DNA of 64,000 nucleotides, taken from Octopus sinensis (Eukaryota). The stretch lies in assembly GCF_006345805.1 (NCBI RefSeq), contig NC_042999.1:51026001-51090000 (forward strand). Reading direction: 5' to 3'. The notes below the pieces were generated by a model. The model did not search any database. It saw only the letters and a list, made by a program, of their open reading frames with translations, and had not been told where the DNA came from. Below are positions 13,661-30,042 of this stretch, one piece after another. Numbering within the stretch: the stretch's first letter is position 1; each line of letters begins with the position of its first letter. The position numbers and the translations under genes were made by a program.

Positions 13661-14085
13661 TCATCATCATCATCATCGTTTAACGTCCGCTTTCCATGCT
13701 AGCATGGGTTGGACGGTTCACCTGGGGTCTGGGAAGCCAGAAGGCTGCACCAGGCCCAGTCTGATTTGGCAGTGTTTCTACAGCTGGATGCCCTTCCTAA
13801 CGCCAACCACTCCGTGAGTGTAGTGGGTGCTTTTTATGTGCCACCGGCACAGGTGCCAGACGAGGCTGGCAAATGGTCATGATCGGATGGTGCTTTTAAC
13901 GTGTCACCGGCACGGAGTCCAGATGAGGCTGGCAACGGCTAGAATTGGATGGTGCTTTTTACGTGCCACCGGCATGGAGGCCAGTGGGGGTGGTGCTGGC
14001 AACGGCCACGTTCAGATGGTTCTCTTATGTGTCACCAGCACTGGTATCACAGCTACAATTTCCATTGATGTTGATCGATTTTGAT
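13661..14085 (-). mobile_element. RTE-type LINE 3' UTR fragment
   Basis: (CAT)n followed by the reverse complement of 2335-2763. Confidence 0.8.
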
Positions 14086-14324
14086 TTTTTCACTATGAAA
14101 TAAAATGAAATGTACAGACTAATAGTTGTTGTAGACAGGTGGAGTGATGGTGAGAGGATTAAAATGTGCAGTGGCCACAGGAGTGTTGCATGCACAAACA
14201 CAAAATCAAACAAACCAACAAGGGAGCCTTTATGCAGTCATTCATACTACTAGAAATAACAACAAAATTCTCTCATATATCTAACTGTCTCCAAAGAATA
14301 TTATAATGCTAAATATATATATAT

Positions 14325-14547
14325 TTCTTTACTACCCACAAGGGGCTAAACACAGAGGGGACAAACAAGGACAGTCAAACGGATTAAGTCGATTATATCG
14401 ACCCCAGTGTGTAACTGGTACTTAATTTATCGACCCCGAAAGGATGAAAGGCAAAGTTAACCTAAGCGGAATTTGAACTCAGAACGTAACGGCAGACGCT
14501 AAGCATTTCACCCGACGTGCTAACATTTCTGCCAGCTCACCACCTTA
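14325..14547 (-). mobile_element. tRNA-derived SINE, family B
   Basis: Reverse complement of 28121-28348. Confidence 0.85.
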
Positions 14548-16416
14548 GATATATAGAAACAAGATGAGACGGTCATGGCTGGAATGCTTCTGATTATGAG
14601 TCTGTTTCATCAGGGCTGACCAAAGGCTAAACAACAATACATTGGCATGAGCAGGGAAAGTAATAATATCAATGTACGATTTGACATAAAAGTTGATCAG
14701 ATGTAAGACTTGTACAACTATTTCTCTGGTTGTTGCTTAGCCCCAAACGAGGACCAATTGAGCAGAAGTATGATTACGAGCTTTCTAGTCATGCATGACC
14801 TTCCCAACTTTTGAATATCTAGAATAAATGACTGGTATGTCGGTTTGTTTTTTTAAGATGGCAAGCAGTAATTTGAGGGAGATTTTGTTGCTATTTCTCG
14901 TAAATTAAGAAGATAATGAGTAGAGGGGATAATAGAACAAAAAAGTGTAAGAGATCAATGGCCAAAGTGTTAGAGGGAAGAGTAGGAAGATTGACAGTGA
15001 TGAGTTAGACTAGACAGATACTAATTCTTATTCATTGGTTAGAGCAAAAATAGTAGAGCAAGAAGCTAATTGCTTTGAGATATTTAGTTATTATCCTTTA
15101 TGTTCTGAGTTTAAATCCTGCTGAGGTTGACTTTGTCTTTCATCTTTCCCGAATCAATAAAATAAATATCAATTAAGGACTTGAGTTGCTAACCCTAACT
15201 CTCCTCTTTCTAACTCTGTGGGGCTTTTGTTGGTTTTTGTTTTTTTTTGTTTTTGTTTTTTTTTGGGGGGGGCGGTCCTCAATGTTAGAAGCTATTATTA
15301 TTTCTCTTGCAATGTTTTGATTTCAAATCCTACTGAGATCAACTTTGCCTTTCACTTTTATGGGGTTCATGAAATAATGTATCAATTCAGTTTAGTTCTA
15401 GGGCCAATTAAATCAACTAACCTTTACTCGTTAATTTGTGCCCTTTTGCCTATGTTAGAAAACATGATTATTTCTCTGGATTTTTTATTGTTTCTAGATA
15501 TTTCTAGTTCTTGTTATATCTCTCAGCTTCCAACCTATGTACTAAAAACTTCTAAAATGCAAAATGCCAATGTAACTATGCCTTATTCTAAGAAAACCAA
15601 TCATCAAATTGCTGCAGAGAAGTATTTTTATGATTTTATGAATTTTTTTTTCGGTTAATCCAAACTAACTATTCAAAAATATTCAAAAACAAAGATCTTT
15701 GGAAGAAAAAAAAGGAAAACATTATTGGTTATCTTAATATAATTTTAGAGAATAGTTCAGTGAAAAGCCAGTATCTTCCATTTAATACTGTAGATCAATG
15801 TACATACTAGACATAATATGTATAATGATTATAATCATCTAATGGTTTATAAAGGCCATGCAATATCAACAATGTTAACTTACTACAATGGACTTGAAAT
15901 TAATGGAATTTGTTTAGAATAGAAGAGTTATGGCACTATTTTGGACGATAATGCATTGTTAAGTGTGAATAAGATACTGAAGTACACTTAATAAATTGCA
16001 AGACTAAAGTGCATCTAATAACACATCAAAGTGCACTTTATAATGATGATATGTGAATAATGAGGCTTCTTCTGAAGTTCACTATAGAAAGTAGATATGT
16101 GCTACTAATAAGAAAATAATAGAATATGATTTACAATGGTTTAGCATATTCAGAAGGAAAATATAGAAAATATGAATTAAAATAAATAACAAATACATAG
16201 AAGGTTCTGGAATTACTTTACAGCATCTAGTTTAACCCTTTTGAAGCCAATTCTCTCAAAACTGCACTTGGTTTTGCATACACACTTTCTTTTAAATAAT
16301 CTAAATTAAAATTTTTCCGCTAAATTTATTGATAATTTGAGCTCCATGTACCAGTTTGATAAGAACAAAGTTAGTTTACGAAATTTTTCGTGATTTTGAA
16401 AAATTAATTCAAACAT

Positions 16417-16985
16417 AGGTGCAGGACTGGCTGTGTGGTAAGTAGCTTGCTTACCAACCACATGGTTTTGGGTTCAATCCCACTGCATGGCACCTTGGGC
16501 AAGTGCCTTCTACTATAGCCTCAGGAAACTGAAAGAAGCCCGTCATATATATATATATATATATATGACGGGCTTCTTTCAGTTTCCTGAGGCTATAGTA
16601 GAAGCCCGTCATATATATATATATGACGGGCTTCTTTCAGTTTCCTGAGGCTATAGTAGAAGGCACTTGCCCAAGGTGCCATGCAGTGGGATTGAACCCA
16701 AAACCATGTGGTTGGTAAGCAAGCTACTTACCACACATATATATATATGTGTGTATGTATGTGTGTGTGTATGTTTGTGTGTCTGTGTTTGTCCCTCCAA
16801 CATCGCTTGACAACTGATGCTGGTGTCTTTACGTCCCTGTAACTTAGCGGTTCGGCAAAAGAGACTGATAGAATAAGTACTAGGCTTACAAAGAATAAGT
16901 CCCGGGATCGATTTGCTCGACTAAAGGCGGTGCTCCAGCATGGCCGCAATCAAAATGACTGAAACAAGTAAAAGAGTAAAAGAGC
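16417..16985 (+). mobile_element. SINE family A containing an internal fold-back duplication of its own head
   Basis: 16432-16544 is exactly inverted at 16626-16737. Confidence 0.9.
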
Positions 16986-17773
16986 ATAGGCAATGTATTT
17001 CAATAGCAATATCATAATCAAAAGGTTAATAGTAAATATATTTGTCATTTCTTTAAACTTTATCCCCCTGTCTGTTTCCCAATCACATGGTTTCAAATTC
17101 AATCCCATTGCATGGCAGGCACCTTGGGTGGATTTGGTAAATGGAAACTGAAAGAAGCCAATCATTTATGTGTATGTGTTTCAGTATATGTATAAGTGTA
17201 TTATTGTTTCCCTACCTTGATTTTGCATGATAGTTGTGAATGAGTGTCACTATCATTCAAGCTGTATCCTTCATTTCTTATCTTCTGTAAGAACATGTCT
17301 GGTCATGAGAAAATACTACATCACTCAGAAACAGGTGATGATAAGTGACAGGAGAGGCATCCAACCATAAAAGTTTTTTCCTCAACAAATTGCATTTAAT
17401 CCATGCCTGCATGGAATTTTGGATATTAAATGATGATCACTTGGCCTTTGTGTTTAGCATAAATCCATTCTGTTGCTAGCATTCAGGTTAGCACTCTGTT
17501 CTAAGAGCAACTTCCTTGCTCCTACCAATTTTAGAATCTCTTAAAAGAATTATGAGTGCTCCTCTTTCTCTAAACCATTAAAAATAAATAGGTATAAATG
17601 AAAATTTGTGACTTCTTCACCTCAATCAGTGGTTCTTAAACTGAGGTGGTAGTACCCAATCAGAGGTGTTATAAGCTCATGAAGGGGCCAGCAAATGTCG
17701 AAGGGGATTGGGGTCTTATGAGCAAAGAGTGCTAGACGTTTAGAGTAGTTGTGATTTTTCTTAGAAAAAACTA

Positions 17774-18338
17774 TTGAGTTGTCCAGAAAGTTCATGCCGC
17801 TTTATAGTAGCTTACCTTTCAACTTATTTTAGAACATGGTTGAGTCTATAAAATAGGATTTGGCTACACCTCCATTTAGAACACAGTTAAAGCTATCTTT
17901 TCGTGGAAGAAGATTTATGTTCCCAAAACCTGTGTTAATTCTGTAACCCTTTAAAATGGAAGATAAAAAAGTTCATTTCGGCACTTGATGCTTTGGGAAC
18001 CAGACAAAAATTGCTGCAGCTCGGCTGGGATGTGTTACTCCACCCTCCATATTCACCAGATATTGCTCCTTTGGATTTCCACTTATTCAGGTCTCTGCAG
18101 AATAGTCTTAATGGTAAAAATTTCAATTCCTTAAATGACGTAAAAAGATACCCCGATGAATTCTTTGCCATGAAACCACCTCAATTCTGGGAAGGGGGTA
18201 TTTTCAAGTTAAAGGAAAGATGGAGACACATTGTGCAACAAAATGGTTCATATTTGGTTGATTAAAAATGTAATGGCAAGTATTTATTGACCTTTTACTT
18301 TCCTTTAAAAATCGGCACAAACTTTCCAGACAACCCAA
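17774..18338 (+). mobile_element. mariner deletion derivative
   Basis: TIRs TTGAGTTGTCCAGAAAGTTCATGCCG / CGGCACAAACTTTCCAGACAACCCAA with TA on both sides. The transposase N-terminus MEDKKVHF is fused to the C-terminus. Confidence 0.92.
17993..18265 (+). pseudogene. mariner transposase C-terminal fragment
   Basis: WDVLLHPPYSPDIAPLDFHLFRSL (mariner YSPDLAP motif) ... ERWRHIVQQNGSY. Confidence 0.9.
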
Positions 18339-20123
18339 TATTTAAATCATATTTTCAGAAAGATCTTTGTTAGGGTTAGAATATAAGTGATACATTATAT
18401 AATCAATGAATAGAAACATGACTGATGATGTGCCAAGGCCCAGTATTATTTCATTATTTAAGTTCACAGTTTCTTTAGTAATTTTCATAAAATTTTAACA
18501 CAGATATCTAAACACTTAATCCACACAAATATCTAGAAGGAGGCACACACTGGATGGGATGGTATTTGAACATTTAAATCTGGATAATAAACCACTGCAC
18601 AAAATTAATTTTTGTTTAATTAAAGTAATCTGGCTCTTTTTCTTTTCATTTTTTTTCTAAAAAAAATATGCTAGGTGAAAATAAATGGTTCAGAACTACT
18701 GAAATAAATGAAAACTGGTAATTTTCCTGCTGAAGAAAAATTATACACATTTCCTTTATTTCCAAATAAAGTAATTAAATTCTGACACAGTTGTTTGAAT
18801 GAAGTGATTTCTATATTTTTAGATTTAGGTTAGCTCTTATAGACAACACTTCCAACTACATTAACTAGAAACTCTCCCATTCATTAAATGTATGTTAACA
18901 GTTAATCCTTTTGTAGACTACAATAGTTAGTGAGTCAGGTATTTAATAACTCTGGTTTCCATAGCATTAAGCAGATAAGACAAATCTCATTTAGAAGGAT
19001 GCTCACTTGCCTATTGTAAGTTAACTTTACAAGTGCACTGTTATCTATTTTTCAGTTACCTAAATGGAAACATGCAAAGTTAAGTGCCTTGCTGAAGAAC
19101 AAATTTTAATATTTTTAGCAATGCCCCCGCATACACACACAAATGCACAAAATAATAATGACTAGAGTTTCACAATCCTTGCACTAAGAACTGCTTGTAC
19201 AAATTAGTCAAGGAACACTTAATCCAAATACAGCCCACAAATTGATCTAGAAAAACATTACATGATTTATTGAAACTGCCACATTTTATTCACTTTGTAA
19301 GTAATCAAGGCAGCAAATCGACAGAGATTTTAATGTTGAATAGATTGTGTCATGATAACTGTTCCAACTCTCTGCATATCCTACCGAGGCTAACTTTGCC
19401 TTTCAGCAAATAATAAAAAGGTACCAATCCAGGATGATAAGTAGAACTGTAAGAGGGCCTAGTGAAATGCCTTGCAATATTTGTTCTAGCTCTTTGAGTT
19501 CTGATAGCAATGTCTGAAACACTAATGCCATTCTGTATTGACCTTATAGTGGAAGCATGATTGCTCTTGAACTTTAGCTACCCACATTGTGACTTTTTAC
19601 TTTTAACTACCCATTTTGGTTCACCACATGTTGGTTAGATCTATTTAGTTTTATTTGGACTTTCCACCCATTTAACATGATGGACTAGCCTAGTGTCTGT
19701 TCATCAGTTATAAAATTGGAAATTTTGGCTCATTAAGTCCCCAAGGCGGAGAGTTTTGCTACCAAGCAGCCTGGGACCTTGGTGTGAGAACAGTTTGATT
19801 TCACTTTGCAGTTTTCAGCTTGAACAGAATTCAAACCAACCATTGACAAATCTGCCACAGCAAATTCCATCCAACCCATGGAAAAGTGGACATTAAATGA
19901 TGATGATGTGTGTGTACACATAAGTGGATTCAAATATATCTTTATTTTATATTTATATTCCATGTGCCATTCTACTGTTGTTACATTGTGTCTTTGGTAA
20001 AGACAATTCCACATGACTCAGCAGTTCAAATCACTGTCTACATTTAACACCAATATAAATCTATGACAGTATTTAGTTTTAACCCTTCAACTTTTTGTTT
20101 AAATCATATTGGAGTTGGCTTAA

Positions 20124-20344
20124 CCCTTTCGTTACCAGCCAGGCTAAAACCAGCTCTGGTTTTGAGTACAATTGTCATGTTTTTGTAAGTTTTGAATTAA
20201 AATCTTCCACCAAAACCTTAGTCACAATTTATGTTCCTAACACTAGCTTAACGATAACTAAGTTATTTTACTAAATTCTCTGTTATATTTAAAGTAATTG
20301 AAAGAAACACAGAGCATCTCAAAATAAATATAGTAACGAAAGGG
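20124..20344. mobile_element. piggyBac-type MITE, family 1
   Basis: TTAA|CCCTTTCGTTAC ... GTAACGAAAGGG|TTAA. Confidence 0.9.
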
Positions 20345-20885
20345 TTAATCTTTCATTTTTCCAGAGTCAATAAAACCAGTACCAGTCATATATTAAAGTC
20401 AAATCAGTTTAATAAATATCAAATTTCCCCTGTAAATTAAGGACCCCATAGCCATTTGATTAATGAATATTTATTTTATTGTAGCATCAGAAAAAGATTA
20501 TAGAAAGATAAAGCAAAAAATAAAAAATCGAACAAAAAAAAACAATAATTAAATACATTAACTTTTTATTATCAACCTGTCAGAGACTGCCCATGGTTCT
20601 ATGATACAAGCTTTGTGTTTTAAAGAGATCTAAATTAATAACTTCAATCAAAATTTCATGCTAATTATGTCCCAAACACCAGCTTCTTGACAATGAAGTT
20701 GTTTTATAAAATTCTCCATTATTTAAAAAATTAATTGAAATGCAGGTATAGGCATGGCTGCTTGGTTAAAATGTCCCCTTCTTAATCTTGCCCAAGGGGT
20801 CATTGAGCTGCACTTTGGACAAGTGTCTTCAATGATAGCTTCAGACCAACGAATGCCTTTCCAGTTGATTTGGTGGACTAAAACT

Positions 20886-21200
20886 CATCATCATCATCAT
20901 CATCGTTTAACATCCGTTTTCCATGCTAGCATGGGTTGGACAAATGACTGAGGGCTGGCGAACCAGATGGCTGCACCAGGCTTCAATCTTGATCTGGCAG
21001 AGTTTCTACAACTGGATGCCCTTCCTAACGCCAACCACTCCGAGAGTGTAGTGGGTGCTTTTACGTGCCATAGGTACGGGGCCAGTCAGGCAGTACTGGC
21101 AACAACCTTGCTTGAATCTTTTACACATGTCACTGGCACAGGTGCCAGTAAGGCGATGCTGGTAACGATCATGCTCAAATGGTGTCTTCTACATGCCGAA
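20886..21200 (-). mobile_element. RTE-type LINE 3' UTR fragment
   Basis: (CAT)n then GTTTAACATCCGTTTTCCATGCTAGC...GGATGCCCTTCCTAACGCC. Confidence 0.75.
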
Positions 21201-21202
21201 AT

Positions 21203-21204
<2 letters not shown>

Positions 21205-21242
<38 letters not shown>

Positions 21243-21269
21243 TGTGTGTGTGTGTGTGTGTTTGTGTTT

Positions 21270-21316
<47 letters not shown>

Positions 21317-21360
21317 TGTGTGTGTGTGTTTGTGTTTGGGTGTGTGTGTGTGTGTGTGTG
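21205..21360. repeat. interrupted (GT)n microsatellite
   Basis: Read directly from the sequence. Confidence 0.95.
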
Positions 21361-21996
21361 TTCAGGGAACATGTATGGCTTAGTAGTTAGGGTATTCAGC
21401 TCATGATTATAAGGTCGTGAGTTCAATTGTTCATTTCCTGGTGGTACATTGTATCCTTGAGCAAGACACTTTATTTCAAGCTGCTCCAGTCCACTCACCT
21501 AACAAAAGTGAGTTGTACCTGTATTTCAAAGATCCAGCCTTGTCACATTCTCTGTCAAGATGAATCAGCTTGAGAACTGTGGAGTACTCAGCCAGTTGTA
21601 CCTTAAATTCATATGCAGGCTGTTCTATCATGTGATCCTTTCCCTTCATGTTGACATCTTGCACTTATTGTAAACAACTGCCACCATCATACAAAAACAG
21701 TGTTGTTCATTTGCAGTATCCTGTGAAATCATTTGCCTTGACTATTGAGCTGTTCATGTTTGAAGAATATTGCCTTGCTTAGAAACAAGAGATATGTTTC
21801 TTTATTAGCCACACAGGGCTGCACACAGACGGGACAGATTACAAAGTAGAGCTTTTCTTTTTGGGGGAGAGAAAAGAAAAACAAAAAAGGTGGGGTAGGT
21901 TTTCGATCAAAAGGGATCGTAAACGGGAAAGAAGAAAAAAAAAGGAAAAGAAAAAAAAACAAGGGATAGAAGGGTTGGTGACAGGAAGAGCATTAG

Positions 21997-22216
21997 CCCT
22001 TTAGTGTTTAAGCCAGCTGTATCCAGCCCAAATATTCTACACATTTTATGCTCAAACTGGCCAGAACAAGCATCTCACACCTACCCTGCAATGTCATTCT
22101 AAAAATAAGCAATTACATCTTTCCTATCTTGAAGCTACAAAATAATATCAGATAATTTTTTTTAAATGTGAATAAATAAGGATTATTTTTGCCAAATTAA
22201 TATGAATGCTAAAGGG
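21997..22216. mobile_element. piggyBac-type MITE, family 2
   Basis: TTAG|CCCTTTAGTGTT ... AATGCTAAAGGG|TTAA (left TSD has one mismatch). Confidence 0.7.
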
Positions 22217-23714
22217 TTAAAACTACAACAAATGGTGATGACCACAATGATAATGCTGTTGAAATATGGTAAGAGTTAAACAGCCTTGCAACATGAAGAA
22301 TATTTTATGCTATAAAAGCGAACTTTGTGAAATGCACTTTAAATATTTCACAAGATAGAGATGAAACTAGAATTATTTGGTTTTGTTTTGCTTTGGTTTT
22401 TCGGGTAGAGTGGGTTGGGGTTCTATATCTCGGAACAATATCTGCGAAAGTTTATCAATGCTTAATCTTACTTCTTGAATAACAGATAAAATTTTGTTCC
22501 TATTTTCAATGAAGAAATTCTGAGAAAAAATATAAAAAGTGGTGAACTTCTTGATAACTATCAAACAAATAGCTTTGAAAATTAATATGTCTATATAAAA
22601 TAAATAAATTTCTCAGTTTAAAATAAACTGAGAAATTTATACAATTATTATAAAAATGCCATTTTATCTAAGATGACTCATCTTTCACTATCTCTCACTC
22701 CCTTTCTCTCTCTTTGTTTCCCTCTAACTCACTATCTCGCTCTTATTCTAATCTTACGATCTGTTAACTTGTTAACTTCCTAAACTAATGAAAGAGCTTC
22801 CCCTACACAGTGAAGTGACCTGCTAGAAACAACTAAAAACTTCCTCAAATCTAGCTAGAAGAGAAGGTATATAAGATAATGCAGCCTTCCATACAGTATT
22901 GCCTTTATAAAGGATAAGATGGTCACATCTGGAATGTCTTTATATGATTTCCTATGGTAGGTGTGATATTTTTTATAATGCATGATTAAGACTTTCAGTT
23001 TGCAATCACATGGTTTCAGGTTCAGCCCCATTGCATAGCACTTTTGTGGCTGTGTGGTAAGTAGCTTGCTCACCAGCCACATGGTTCCGGGTTCAGTCCC
23101 ACAGCGTGGCATCTTGGGCAAGTGTCTTCTACTATAGCCTTGGGCCAACCAAAGCCTTGTGAGTGGATTTGGTAGATGGAAACTCGTAGAAGCCCGTCAT
23201 ATATATGTATATATGTGTGTGTGTGTGTGTGTGTGTTTGTGTGTGTCTGTGTTAGTCCCCCTAGCATTGCTTGACAACTAATGCTGGTATGTTTACGTCC
23301 CCATCACTTAGCGGTTCAGCAAAAAAGAGACCGATAGATTAAGTACTGTGCTTACAAAGAATAAGTCCATGGGTCGATTTGCTCAGCTAAAAATGGTACT
23401 GCAGCATGGGCGCAGTCAAATGACTGAAACAAGTAAAAGAGTAAAGAGAGTACTACTGTAACCCCAAGCTGACCAAAATCTTGTGTGTGAATTTTGTAGA
23501 AGGAAACTGAAGAAATCTACTATACTCTTTCACTCTTTTACTTGTTTCAGTCATTTGACTGCAGCCATGCTGGAGCACCGACCCCAGGACTTATTCTTTG
23601 TAAGCCTAGTACTTATTCTATCGGTCCCTTTTGCCGAACCGCTAAGTTACAAGGACGTGAACACACCAGCATCGGTTGTCAAGCAATTTTGGGGGGACAA
23701 ACACAGACACACAA

Positions 23715-26811
<3,097 letters not shown>

Positions 26812-27100
26812 GTATGTATGTATGTATGTATGTATGTATGTATATATGCATATAGCCATTGACAGTTCATATCACATAGAAAATGAATTACTGCAACTAG
26901 AGTGCTTTATAGAATGTTCTCAAATTATACTTATGAATTTGTGTAGCAAAACTCCTAATGTGAAATCATATGTTGAAACAGATATTATTGTATTTTAGAA
27001 TGGTTGGGGGTTTTTTTTTTGGGGGGGGGTTTCCAAATAAACACTCACTATATATTTGTTCTTCATTCATTTATTATTTTTCTTATTCTAACCCATCCAT

Positions 27101-27146
27101 TGTCCAGAAATTTTTCGTCACACACCTGTAACCTCTTCAGTGACAC
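27101..27146 (-). ncRNA. type I hammerhead motif in the left arm of palindrome 26989-27368
   Basis: Minus strand reads tgtca-CTGAAGA-G-GTTAC-aggtgt-GTGAC-GAAA-AATT-TC-tggaca. A decayed mirror copy lies at 27222-27268. Confidence 0.6.
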
Positions 27147-27369
27147 GTTTCATTTTTGTGGGTGCTCTTGCTTCACTTACTCCATTCCCAGTATGTAGTG
27201 GAGTACACACGAAAATGAAAAGTGTCATTGATGAGGTCACAGATGCGTGACAAAAGATTTCCAGACAATGGACATGAGTTAGAATAAGAACAGTAATAAA
27301 TGAATGAAGAACAAATATATAGTGCATGAGTTTATTTGGCAAAAAAAAATGACCAACCCAAAATACAAC

Positions 27370-27788
27370 TCTCTCTCTCTCTTTTATTCTTTTACTTGTT
27401 TCAGTCATTTGACTGTGGCCATGCTGGAGCACTGCCTTTAGTCGAGCAAATCAACCCCGGGACTTATTCTTTGTAAGCCCAGTAGTTATTCTATCGGTCT
27501 CTTTTGCCGAACCACTAAGTGACGGGAACGTAAACACACCAGCATCAGTTGTCAAGCAATGCTAGGGGGACAAACACAGACACACAAACATACACACACA
27601 CATACATATATATATACATATATACGACAGGCTTCTTTCAGTTTCTGTCTACCAAATCCACTCACAAGGCTTTGTTTGGCCCGAGGCTATAGTAGAAGAC
27701 ACTTGCCCAAGATGCCACGCAGTAGGACTGAACCCGGAACCATGTGGTTGGTTAGCAAGCTACTTACCACACAGCCACTCCTGCGCCT
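27370..27788 (-). mobile_element. SINE family A
   Basis: Full-length reverse match. Confidence 0.9.
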
Positions 27789-28120
27789 ATCTCAACGATA
27801 TCTTAAACTATAATTTATCAGACCTAATGGTTATGCTGCAAACATGACTTGAAGACAATTCTGCTTGAGATGGAGTATCTTTATGTCTACACATTATTTC
27901 TTTATTATACAATGCTAAATCTCACACCCAGGCTGGAATAGATTCTCTTCAGACATTCGAATGCTGTCACTGTCATTTCTACGGCTGTTAGTGTTTCTGC
28001 TACTATTATTGTTACTGTTAGTTGAACTTTGTACCATGACAATCTTATGTTTCTCCTCTCTTCTTCCCCTGTATTGTTGCCCATAATGGAGGGAAGGAAG
28101 TCCTCATTCATTACTATTAA

Positions 28121-28348
28121 GATGTCGAGCTGGCAGAAATGTTAGCACGCCGGGCGAAATGCGTAGCCGTATTTCGTCTGCCACTGCGTTCTGAGTTCAA
28201 ATTCCGCCAAGGTCGACTTTGCCTTTCATCCCCTCGTGGTCGATAAATAAAGTACCAGTTACACACTGGAGTCGATGTAATCGACTTAATCCGTTTGTTT
28301 GTCCTTGTTTGTCCCCTCTGTGTTTAGCCCCTTGTGGGCAATTAAAAA
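28121..28348 (+). mobile_element. tRNA-derived SINE, family B
   Basis: GAGCTGGCAGAA...GAGTTCAAATTCC (B box)...GTCGACTTTGCCTTTCATCC...GTCGATAAATAAAGTACCAG, resembling a conserved central SINE domain. Confidence 0.85.
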
Positions 28349-28434
28349 AATATATATAAAAAAAAATATATATAAAAAATATATATATATATATATATAT
28401 ATTGGTTGGAGGGTTTGTTTTGTTTTTTCTCAAC

Positions 28435-28540
28435 TCTTTCGAGACATGTTCCGCCATCTTGATGAGTTGTATTTGGTTCAATTAAATTTAACGCCCACAA
28501 AATAAGTTCAGTGGGCGGAATCGCCCCTCTGTGGGCTACA
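28435..28540 (-). promoter_or_regulatory. candidate promoter (YY1 and Sp/KLF motifs)
   Basis: CCGCCATCTTG at 28451-28461 (CAAGATGGCGG on minus), ACGCCCAC at 28491 and GTGGGCGGAA at 28511, in a locally CpG-retaining patch. Confidence 0.35.
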
Positions 28541-28696
28541 CAACCATAAAAAGCCAGTAACAGGTTCCTGGTGTTTCTATTCACAACTCAGAATAAAATA
28601 ATTATTGAAAAAGGATATCAATCCTGTTGTAAATAAATATTTTGAACTGGACTTACTTGGAGTGTTCAAAAACATGTCCAATGTGTTCCACAGCAA

Positions 28697-28759
<63 letters not shown>

Positions 28760-29517
28760 TAATAATAATACACAAAAATTCACACTCATAGTCTAGGTGT
28801 GCTTACAAAAGCCATGGGTACAGCCTTTTCTCCAGATCACTCCAAATAAATAAATAAAAATGTTTAATTAATTATTCAGACACAAAAATCACTCATTCAC
28901 ACAACAAAAGATGGAGAAATGTTTAGTTCACAGGAAGCAAACAACAATTTTGATATGCATTATTTCAATTGCTATTTTCAAAAAATACACGAGATATTTG
29001 CATGATGTGAATAATGACAACGAGAAGGCATTCCAAATTTAAATTAAACATCTTTCTTGCTTTTAACAATAAATGTATCAAAACAGGTTCATTTCACTGA
29101 AGAGTGAAATAATTACTATGGTAATGGTGTATCATTTTCTTTAAATAATCTAAGCCTTTAGCATTGGTTCTGACAAGTCTTAACTTGAAATTTTTCGATT
29201 ATTGCATCTGCTGTTATTTCCCTTCTTTATGAAGGTTTTTTGATGGCAGCCATATTTCTGTAGTTTTTTTTTTTTTATGTTGTGGATTCTGGTTATTATC
29301 AAATAATTCCTTTAATCATCCAAATGCATTGTGTTTGTTTCTTTGTGTGTGTATGTGCGTGTGCATTACAAAAACACAGTTGAAGGAATATTTCTGTAAA
29401 AGATATTTCAACTTCATTTCATTAATCAGTAACTGTCTTATGAGGAAGGTGGAAATAATTGCTTCTAATCTGGTACAAGGCCAGAAAGTTTTTGAGATAA
29501 AAAGCAATTCAATACCT

Positions 29518-29747
29518 ATTTCTTTACTACCCACAAGGGGCTAAACACAGAAAGGACAAACAAGGACAGACAAACAGATTAAGTCGATTATATCGACCCC
29601 AGTGCGTAACTGGTACTTAATTTATCGACCCCGGAAGGATGAAAGGCAAAGTCGACCTCGGCAGAATTTGAACTCAGAACTTAAAGACAGACGAAATATT
29701 GCTAGGCATTTCGCCCGACGTGTTAACGTCTCTGCCAGCTCGCCACC
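29518..29747 (-). mobile_element. SINE family B
   Basis: Reverse match to 28121-28348. Confidence 0.85.
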
Positions 29748-29864
29748 TCATTAACCCTCAAGCTTGGCTGGTACTTTTTTCTATATATCCTCAAAATGAT
29801 AATAGGCAAAGTTTACCTCAGCAGAATTTGAACTCAGAATGTAAAGAGCTGGAACAAATACCAC

Positions 29865-30042
29865 CAGACTTTTTCCTGACATGGAAAAATTGTTGAAGAC
29901 TGCCTATAGATGTAAATAGATGGAAGGACATCATAGATAATCAAGGAAAGTACATTGATGATTAAATTTCTATTAAATATAACATTTGATCACTTGTTTT
30001 CTTCATTCAAAATTCAGACAAAACTTATGGGATGACCTGATA
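29865..30042 (+). mobile_element. mariner 3' fragment
   Basis: RWKDIIDNQGKYIDD* followed by TIR-like AAACTTATGGGATGACCTGA|TA. Confidence 0.65.

Noticed and set aside
17628-18597. hAT-like CAGTGGTT...AACCACTG element enclosing the mariner
   Set aside because: Only 8 bp of inverted match and no 8-bp TSD.
29097-29118. CTGAAGAGTGAAA
   Set aside because: No room for helix II and no helix I; chance match.
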